Position numbers and translations under genes: made by a program. From Thermoplasmatales archaeon SW_10_69_26 (GTDB lineage Archaea; Thermoplasmatota; SW-10-69-26), in contig PXUB01000048.1 of the NCBI GenBank assembly GCA_003009755.1, forward strand, positions 1 through 41,302: a DNA stretch of 41,302 nucleotides, in the 5' to 3' direction. The notes below the pieces were generated by a model, which was not told where the DNA came from, did not search any database, and worked only from the letters and a program-made list of their open reading frames with translations. Shown here piece by piece: positions 27,360 to 35,600 of the stretch (position 1 is the stretch's first letter; every line of letters begins with the position of its first letter).

Positions 27360-27725
27360 ATGGCAGCAGGCGACGTCCCCCCGCAAGTTCAGAACCAGCT
27401 CCGTCAGTACCAGGAGACCCAGCAGAAGCTCCAGCAGCTGACGGAGCAGAAGCAGCAGATGGAGATGAAGGTCCAAGAGCTGGAGCGCACTGTCGAAGCG
27501 CTCCAAGACGTCGAAGGTGACACGCCCGTCTACCGCAACGTCGGGCGCGTCCTCGTCGGCGTCGACGAGCCCGAGGACCTCCTCGGCGAGCTGGCCGAGG
27601 AGAAGGAGACGCTCGAGGTCCGGCTCAACTCTCTCGAGGACCAGGAGGACGGTCTCCGTGACCGCATGGAAACCCTCCAGGAGACCCTCGAGGACATGAT
27701 GGGCGGCCAGGCCGCACAGGCCTGA
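27360..27725 (+). CDS. pfdB: prefoldin subunit beta
   Basis: PPQVQNQL.QYQ..QQ.LQ coiled coil, VYRNVGRVLV hairpin, KETLEVRL..LE.QE. Confidence 0.93.
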   Translation: MAAGDVPPQVQNQLRQYQETQQKLQQLTEQKQQMEMKVQELERTVEALQDVEGDTPVYRNVGRVLVGVDEPEDLLGELAEEKETLEVRLNSLEDQEDGLRDRMETLQETLEDMMGGQAAQA

Positions 27726-27836
27726 CGGTTCGACCCCCTCAGACCTCCGTCCCTCTGCCGGCCGAGCCCACGGTCCGATCGCCCCAGACGCTCTCATGCA
27801 ACGATCATCGGCCGGCCGGACCTTTCGAGGGTCAAT

Positions 27837-27853
27837 CGAAAGTAGTTAAATAA
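27837..27853 (+). promoter_or_regulatory. BRE/TATA promoter of the giant surface-protein operon
   Basis: CGAAAG-TA-GTTAAATAA; SD-like GGTGA before ATG 27888. Confidence 0.55.
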
Positions 27854-27887
27854 GGCCCGGGCATAGGTTCGGGACGGTGAATCCTGG

Positions 27888-30284
27888 ATGGGGTCCCGCA
27901 GACTATCGGCTCTCGCAGCGTTAGCGGTCGTCGTCATCGCATCTGCCCCGCTGGCGATGGCCCAAGGCGGGAATCCAAACCCCGACCAGCTGTGGAGCTT
28001 CGGGGCTGACGAGGCAGCCACCGTCAACGACGTCGCGATCGACGCGGACGGCAAGATCCCGACGGCCGTGCAGGCCGACGGCAGCGCCGTCTCCACCGAC
28101 GACGAAGAGGTCTTCGCGTGGAACGTCCAACGCTCCCCCGACAGCTCCACCCCGGTCCTCCGCGTCGACCCCAGCCCCGGCATCGGCGACCCCGAAGGCC
28201 TCGGCGTCGTCGCCATCGAAGCCAACCCCGGCGGCAAGGGCGACTTCATCGCCGTCGGCAACGAGGGCTCGAGCGACAACACGGAGAACAACGTCCACGT
28301 CTACCGACGCTCCAGCGGCCCCGGCTCCGGGTCCAACGTGACCTACGCCGGCGACCGAGCGGCCCCCGACGGCGCCGTGCAGGAGATCTGGTTCCTCGAC
28401 CGCGACACGATGCTCGTCGAGCACGAGGACGCTTTGTCCCTGTTCGAGAGCCAACGCAGCACCGTCTACGAGGAGGTCTCCGAGGGCCGATGGACCGACG
28501 CCGACGAGACGATCCTCGACGTCGACGCCTCCCGCACCTCCGACCGCATCGCCCTGCTGACCGGCGAACAGGAGGACCAAACAAGCGACGTCGAGGTGAC
28601 CCTCCGGCTGTTCGAGACCAACAACGGGGCCCTCGAGTCGATCGCCGGCACCTGGACGGTCACCCAGAACGAGATGGAGGGCCACGTTGCCCTCTCCGAC
28701 GACGGCGACAACGTCCTCGTCGGCACCAGCGGCAACACGATCTACTACACGGGCCTCCACGACAACGGCGGCGACGAGCCCGGGCTGCGGTTCTCCGAGT
28801 TCCCCTGGAGCACCAACGGCCCCGCCGACGTGAGCGAGGTCGCGACCGGTCCCGACGGCGCGGTTTTCGCGGCCGGGTTCGACAACGCTCAGATGTTCGT
28901 CTACGAGCGCACGAACCGCACCGACGACGGCCCCCGCGCCGAACGTGCCTTCGATCGACCGATCGACACCGGCCAACCCGTGCAGGAGGCCGCCTTCGCC
29001 GACGGCAGCCGGACGCTGTACGCCCTCGGCGCCGGGCTCATGGCCTTCCACGAACAGCAGTTCCAGCCCGGCGAGGAGGTCCGCCCGCTGTGGATGCTCC
29101 CCAACGTGAACGCGTTCGCCGCCAGCGAGGACGCCCAGCGCATCACCGTCGCCAGCGACGAAGGCGGCGACGGCGTCGTCAACACGTACGAGCGCTCCTA
29201 CGGGGCCGACGTCTCCGTCGACGTCCCCGACTCCGTCGAACCCGGTCGCTCGTTCAACGTCTCCGCGACGATCCAGAACCAGGGTAGCTCGCTGGATCGC
29301 TACCGCCTGTCGATCCCCGACCTCGACGGCTCCTGGACCGTCGAGGCTCCCGAGGACCCGCTCGAGCTGCTCCCTGGCGAGACCGGGAACACGACCCTTA
29401 CCGTGACCCCGAGCTCGACGCAAGCCCCGGGCGAGGTGACCTTCACCGTCGACGCCGTCAGCCAGGAGAGCCCCGCGAAGACGGCCGTCGGCAGCCAGCA
29501 AGCCACCCTCACGGTGCGCGAGCTCCACGCCGCCGGCCTCGAGGTCGACACCAGCCAGCGGTCGATCGGCCAAGGCAACTCGATCACGCTGGAGCCCGAG
29601 GTCACCAACGCCGGCAACACGCGAGAGCCGATCACGCTCCGCGTCGGTCAGGACGCCGCCTGGACCGTCAGCATCGACGGCGACGAGACGAGCCGGTCGT
29701 CCACGACGCTCGACGCCGGCGGATCCCAGGATCGCACCGTCACGGTCTCGGCGCCCAGCGACGCCGCCAAGGGCACGCGGAACACGTTCACCCTCTCCGC
29801 CCAGCCCCAGGACGGCGGCACCTCCGAGCGCGCCGACGTGGCGGTGGTCGTCGAACCCTCCTACGGCGCCGCGTTCCAGGTCCCGACCGAGACGGTGGAC
29901 GTCGACCCCGGCCAGACCGTCAACACCGAGGTCACGATCGTCAACGACGGCAACACGCGCGACACGTTCACCGTGAACGCCGCCTCCGAGGCCTCCAACC
30001 CCCAGAACCTCTGGGGCACCGACCTCTCGTCGACCTCCATCACCCTCGACGGCGACGGCGAGGAGACGATCACCGTCACCACGGACGTCCCCCGGCAGGC
30101 CCAACCCGGGGAGACGGCGACCGTGACCCTGGAGGCGACCAGCTCGGCCACCGGTGACCAGGTCGGCGAGGCCAGCTACGAGCTCGCCGTCCCCGAGGAG
30201 ACCGAGGACTCGCCCACGAGCTTGGCCCTCGCGCTCGCCGCCGTCGGCCTCGCTGCCGTCGCGCTGCGGAGGCGGACCCGATGA
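27888..30284 (+). CDS. secreted beta-propeller + three Ig-like (CARDB/NPCBM-associated, COG1470-like) domains, C-terminal sorting signal
   Basis: Signal peptide; WD40-like blades (VAIDADG, VALSDDGD, FAASEDAQ); N-x-G-x-x-x-D/E repeats; ends SP-TM-RRRTR. Confidence 0.85.
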   Translation: MGSRRLSALAALAVVVIASAPLAMAQGGNPNPDQLWSFGADEAATVNDVAIDADGKIPTAVQADGSAVSTDDEEVFAWNVQRSPDSSTPVLRVDPSPGIGDPEGLGVVAIEANPGGKGDFIAVGNEGSSDNTENNVHVYRRSSGPGSGSNVTYAGDRAAPDGAVQEIWFLDRDTMLVEHEDALSLFESQRSTVYEEVSEGRWTDADETILDVDASRTSDRIALLTGEQEDQTSDVEVTLRLFETNNGALESIAGTWTVTQNEMEGHVALSDDGDNVLVGTSGNTIYYTGLHDNGGDEPGLRFSEFPWSTNGPADVSEVATGPDGAVFAAGFDNAQMFVYERTNRTDDGPRAERAFDRPIDTGQPVQEAAFADGSRTLYALGAGLMAFHEQQFQPGEEVRPLWMLPNVNAFAASEDAQRITVASDEGGDGVVNTYERSYGADVSVDVPDSVEPGRSFNVSATIQNQGSSLDRYRLSIPDLDGSWTVEAPEDPLELLPGETGNTTLTVTPSSTQAPGEVTFTVDAVSQESPAKTAVGSQQATLTVRELHAAGLEVDTSQRSIGQGNSITLEPEVTNAGNTREPITLRVGQDAAWTVSIDGDETSRSSTTLDAGGSQDRTVTVSAPSDAAKGTRNTFTLSAQPQDGGTSERADVAVVVEPSYGAAFQVPTETVDVDPGQTVNTEVTIVNDGNTRDTFTVNAASEASNPQNLWGTDLSSTSITLDGDGEETITVTTDVPRQAQPGETATVTLEATSSATGDQVGEASYELAVPEETEDSPTSLALALAAVGLAAVALRRRTR

Positions 30285-32614
30285 AGCCGGCCCCCCGATA
30301 CGGATTCCTCGCCCTCGCGACGGTGGTCGGCCTCCTGGCCGTGACCGCCACCGCCAGCGCGGCCCCGCCCGAACAGGCCGACTGGGGCACGCTCACGCTC
30401 GAGGGCGACCCGGTCGACGCCGGCTTCCTCGACGATGGGCTCGTCTACGCGACCACCGCGGCCGGACCCGCCGGCACCGCCGAAACCACCTGCACCACCG
30501 ACACCGGCGACGCCGACCTCTTCCTCGTGTCCTTCCCCGAGGAACCCGGCTGTCTCGACGCGATCGACGCTCCCGGGACTGCCGACGGCGTGCAAGCCCT
30601 GGCCACCGCCGAACGCGGTGACCTGGCGCTGGTCGCCCTCCCGGGCGACACCCAGCTGTCCGGCCCCAACCTCGTCATGTACGAACGCTCGGACGAGAAC
30701 CTCACCGAGCGATGGACCGAGACCGTCGACGGACGCATCCTCGCCGTCGAGATGGACGCCGAGGGCCAACGTGGCGCCGTCGCCGTCCGCACCGCAGACG
30801 GCAACCATCGCCTGATCGTCGTCTCCGCCGGCGGCGACCGCCAACACGAGGCCTCGCTGCCCGGCCACCCCCGCGATCTCGGCTTCTCCGACTCGGCCCG
30901 CTTCCTCGCGGCCGGCGGGAACACCACCGACGACGACCGGACGGTGGGATGGGTGAACCTCTACGACCTCGCCTCCGAGAACGACGAACCGGTGATCGAA
31001 CGCACCATCCCCCGATCGCGGGCCGGCATCGTGACCTCGACCGCCCTCACCGACGAGGGTCAGCTGTACGTCGGCCTGCTCGACGGGACGGCCCGCCTCG
31101 AACGCCAGGACGGCTTCAGCGAGGTCTCCGTCGGCACCGACCCGGCCCACGTCGACGTCGACGCCGACGGTGACGTCGCGTTCGCCGCCGCCGGCAACAC
31201 GACGGCGCGCCTGGCGTCGGGCCAGGACCGACTCGAAGCGAGCTGGTTCGCCACCGTCAACGGGACGAGCCAGGACGCGATCGTCCGACCCCCGCACCTC
31301 TTCGCCGTCGCCGAGACCGTCGACGGCTTCGGACCGAACGGCGACCGGCTTTGGGAGATGCGCGCCGGCCCCGTCGTCTCGTTCAACGCGACCGGTCTCG
31401 GCGCGGCGATCGCAACCGAGGCCGACGAGGGCGGGCCCAGCGGGACCCAAACGTCGGTCCTCGAAGGCCGGGTCCTCCACCGCGAGGTCTCCCTCGAGGC
31501 CGACGCCGTCACCGTCTCCCCGGGCAGCATCGTCCGATCCAACACCACCCTCGCCAACACCGGGGCCGCGATCGTGAACGTCACGCCCACGGCCACCGAC
31601 CAGGGCCTGCGCGTGCACACCGAGCCCGCCAGCCTGGATCTGCTACCCGGCACCGACACCGACACCGCGCTCGTGGTCGACGCCCGCCCGGACGCCGCGG
31701 CCGGCCAGCGATCGGTCCCCGTCGACCTGCAAGCCCGCCCCAGCGCCGACGGGAACGCGACGCTCGCCGTCAACGTCACCTCGGCCCCCAACGTCACCGT
31801 CGGGCTCGCCGGCGGCGAGGTCGCCGACCGCACCGTCACGCAGGGACAGACGGTGACCCTCCGTCTGGACCTGAAGAACCGCGGCAACGCGGAGACCGAC
31901 GTCGAACTCGACCTCCAGCAAACCGTGGACCGGAACTGGGCCTTCCGCGTGCAACCCGACGACACCGTGAGGGTCCCCGCCGGCGCAGCCACGACCGCTC
32001 GCGTCGCGATCGACGTCCCGCCCGGGGCCGAGAACGGAACCGAGAACCGCATCCTCGTGCAGGGGACGAGCCAGGACCGCGTCTCCTCCCTCCAGGTCAA
32101 CCTCACCGTCAACCCGTTCGAGGTCATCCGCCTGCGGCCCGATCAGATCAGTCAGGAGATGGCTCCCGGCGAGACGCGAGCCTACGACGTCACCGTCGAG
32201 AACCTCGGCAGTGTCGACGCCGTGACCGACCTCAGCGTCCGCGCCATCGATAGCGAGGGCGAGCCCTGCGTCCCGACCGTGTGGGGCCTCACCCTGGGCG
32301 CCTCCCAGGTCAACGTGCCCTCCCGCGGCAGCCAACCGGTCCGGGTCGAGATCACGGCCCCGGCCGAGATCCCGGTCCCCGAGGTCGAGAACGGGACCGC
32401 CGGCTGCACCGACGACGCCCAACGACCGAGACTCCGCGTCGAGCTGCACGGCATCTCGCAAGGCGGCTCCGAGGATCGCAGCCTCCTGTTCGCCAACGCC
32501 GACCCGAACCTCGCCGAGGAGCCCGAGACCAACGACCAACCCGCCCCCGGCCTGGCCGTGCTCGCCGGGGTCCTCACCCTCACAGCGACCGCTTCCCGGG
32601 GGGCGAAGCCATGA
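30281..32614 (+). CDS. second beta-propeller + Ig-like repeat surface protein
   Basis: ATGA overlap with the upstream gene; same architecture; ANTG/KNRGN/ENLGS repeats; ends PAPGL-TM. Confidence 0.85.
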   Translation: MKPAPRYGFLALATVVGLLAVTATASAAPPEQADWGTLTLEGDPVDAGFLDDGLVYATTAAGPAGTAETTCTTDTGDADLFLVSFPEEPGCLDAIDAPGTADGVQALATAERGDLALVALPGDTQLSGPNLVMYERSDENLTERWTETVDGRILAVEMDAEGQRGAVAVRTADGNHRLIVVSAGGDRQHEASLPGHPRDLGFSDSARFLAAGGNTTDDDRTVGWVNLYDLASENDEPVIERTIPRSRAGIVTSTALTDEGQLYVGLLDGTARLERQDGFSEVSVGTDPAHVDVDADGDVAFAAAGNTTARLASGQDRLEASWFATVNGTSQDAIVRPPHLFAVAETVDGFGPNGDRLWEMRAGPVVSFNATGLGAAIATEADEGGPSGTQTSVLEGRVLHREVSLEADAVTVSPGSIVRSNTTLANTGAAIVNVTPTATDQGLRVHTEPASLDLLPGTDTDTALVVDARPDAAAGQRSVPVDLQARPSADGNATLAVNVTSAPNVTVGLAGGEVADRTVTQGQTVTLRLDLKNRGNAETDVELDLQQTVDRNWAFRVQPDDTVRVPAGAATTARVAIDVPPGAENGTENRILVQGTSQDRVSSLQVNLTVNPFEVIRLRPDQISQEMAPGETRAYDVTVENLGSVDAVTDLSVRAIDSEGEPCVPTVWGLTLGASQVNVPSRGSQPVRVEITAPAEIPVPEVENGTAGCTDDAQRPRLRVELHGISQGGSEDRSLLFANADPNLAEEPETNDQPAPGLAVLAGVLTLTATASRGAKP

Positions 32615-32690
32615 CAATCTTTAAGGGAGAGCTTCGTCCCGCTCGGCTGAAGCCCCGCCCGACCGTCCCTCGAAGAGACGAGGTGTTCCG

Positions 32691-35600
32691 ATGACACGAA
32701 CCAACCCGCGCCTGGCCCTGCTGTTGACGATCGTCCTCGCCGTCAGCGGTGTCGCACTCTTCGCCGCGAACGTCGGCGGTCAATCCTCCGACACCGTGCC
32801 CGTGGACTTCCAGTCCTCGGGCCTCGGGAAGACGGCACTGCACTTCGACCGCGAAGGCGGCGGAGCCGACTGCACGCCGACCGCCGAGCCCATCGACGCC
32901 GGTGGTGAGGAAGAGGCTGACGTCAACCCGCTCTGTCAGCTCCGCATCCAACCGCCCGGGGACCAAGGCTCCCCGGACAGCGAGCGCCGCAGCGTCCAAT
33001 CCGGGGACCCCAGCGGCGAGGCCGGGGCCGAGGCCGAGGATCCGATCCGATTCGCGCTCGACGCCGACCCTGACGACGGCTTCTCGCCGGACCGCATCCC
33101 CGATGGAGCCGCGTTCAACTTCTCCATCCGATCGACCGCTTCCTCCCTGACGACCGTCTTCTACTACTCCTCCGACGCCGTGTGCCAGGAGGGGGTTCCC
33201 TTCGGCGCCGGCGAACAGCAACCGATCGACTTCGTCGTCCGCTACCACAAGGTCACCGAGGACGAGCTCCAGAACGACGAAGCCAGCTTCGAGGATCCCT
33301 TCGCCTCGACGTCGAAGACCGTGTGCGGCAACGGCGCCTCCCAGATCTCCGCCGCCAACGCCGACCGCGTCTCCGTTGACACCACCCTCGATCAACCGGT
33401 CTCGTTCGCGCAGGACGAGGCGATCGTCACCGAGATCGTGGCCGTCAACTCCGACGCCGACGACCAGAACTTCGAGTGGGAGATGTACTTCGGTGACCGC
33501 GACTACGATACCCGTACCGAGGTCCGCTCGCCCGAGTCCGTCCAACACGCCGTCTGGGCGGCCGACCGCACGGGCACCGTGAGGGACAACTTCGACCCCG
33601 ACAGCCCCGACGGCCTGGTCCCGCACCTCGCGCTGCGGAGCCCCTTCGGCAGCGACGCCATCCTCAGCGGCGTCTACGACGCCCAGATCCGCGACCCCGA
33701 GGGAGACCTCGTGGACCTCGTCACCGACGACGAGGACACGACGACCGCCCTCGGCCTGACCGAGAAGGAGGACCTCACGATCCGCGGCGGCGCACAGAAG
33801 ATCTTCGAGATCGAGACCCCCGAAGATCAGACCCAGCCCTGGGACTACCCCTCCGACGTCCAACCCGGCGCCTACACCATCGAGATCGAGGGCGAGGTCA
33901 TCCAGGACACCGACAAGACGTTCACCCGCTCCGTCGCCATGGGCGCCTTCGCGTTCGATCTGGCGCCCGAGGACGGCGAGAGCACCGATCACCGTCTCAA
34001 GCAGGGCAGCTCGACGACCTACCTGCTCGAGGTCGCCAACCGCGGCACCGAGTCCGACAGCTACGCGATCGACGCCTCCTTCGAGTTCAGCGAGGGCGGC
34101 GACACGTGGGCCGTCGACCTCGTCGGCGTCGACCAGAACGACCGCGTCACCGTCGACGGTGGCGACGTCGCGCTGCTCCGCGTCACGATCACGCCGCCCG
34201 ACGGCGTCTCGCTGGGCGATCGCGCCCGCGTGCTCGTCACTGCCGACAGCACGACCAGCGACGCCCAACAGAACGTGACGCTCGAAGCCCAGGTCACCGA
34301 CCGCACCGTCCGCGACGTCGGCGGCTTCGCGCTCTCCGACGAGGACAACCGCAAGCAGATCCGCGTCGGCCAGACCACGAGCCTGCGCGCGTTCGCCTGG
34401 AACCAGGGCACCGCCCAGGACGGCATCAGCGTGCAGGTCGATCAGAACTCCACGCCCGAGGAGTTCGACGTCTCCGTGCCCCAGGCCGCCGTGACGGGCG
34501 TCTCGCCCGGGAACGTCGGCTCGTTCACGATCGACGTCACCCCCTCGGACGTGCAGGAGGGCGACGAACACACCTTCGACGTCGAGGTGCAAAGCCGCGC
34601 CGAACCGCAAGCCGTCGACACGTTCACCGTCCACACCATCGTCACGGCCGAACGCTCCGTCGAGATCGTCGGCCTGGACCACCAGAACGACGAGTCCCTC
34701 GACAGCCTCCGCTTCTCGCGGTTCAACCGCAGCAACGAGGACGTGAACGGCGACGAGCGATCCGGCTACTGCGAGCCGGGGGTCCGCGACGAGGTCCAAC
34801 GGCCCGACGAGTGCGACGAGTTCCACAACTTCACCTACCACCGGGCCGTCGTGACCAACACCGGCGACCAGCCGGAGGTCGTCGACCTCTCGCTGCTGCC
34901 CGAGGACGGCCGCACCGAGTCGATCCCGAGCCCCAACGACTGCCAGCCGCTGCTCGACACCCGCATCCAGCGCATGGAGGAGGACCGCGGCATCGACCCG
35001 GTCGCCATCGTCGACGGCATCGACACCGACGCCCCGGGCACCGAGTCCACCGTATCCGACGTCCAGCTCGACCCCGGTGAGAGCCAGGTCGTCTACCTCC
35101 GCCTGGGCTACGACGGCAAGACGTCGATCTGGGAGGATCTCGGCGAGTTCAGCGAGTGCAGTCAGGAGAGCTTCCACGCGACGATCCTCGCCTCGCTCGA
35201 CAACGGCGAGACCAAGACCCTGTCCACCGAGACGCGGTTCCCCTACGAGAACACGCAGGACATGGACGAGGACGCGCAAGCGCGCCTCGCGCTGCTCGAC
35301 AGCTTCACCCGCGAAGACGGCACCGTGGCCGAGCTGCCCGGACGCACCGGGCTCGAGCTCGGCGAGACGACGACGATCAACTTCACCCTCTCGCTCCAGC
35401 AGGGCCACCACGACCAAGCCCAGGTGGAGCTCGCCAACGACAACGAGATCCAGGACCTCCTGGCGGACGGGTGGGAGATCCGGCTCGACGGCGTCGACGT
35501 GCCGGTCGACCGCGAAGGCCCCCGCGAGATCACCGTACCGGGCGACGTCGCTTTCGCGGACAACGACTCCGCCGAGCGATCCGTCGGGTACGTCAGCGGC

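Noticed and set aside
27888-27960. Tat export signals (RR near the N-termini of several secreted proteins)
   Set aside because: They lack the full S/T-R-R-x-F-L consensus, so they cannot be distinguished from basic Sec n-regions by eye
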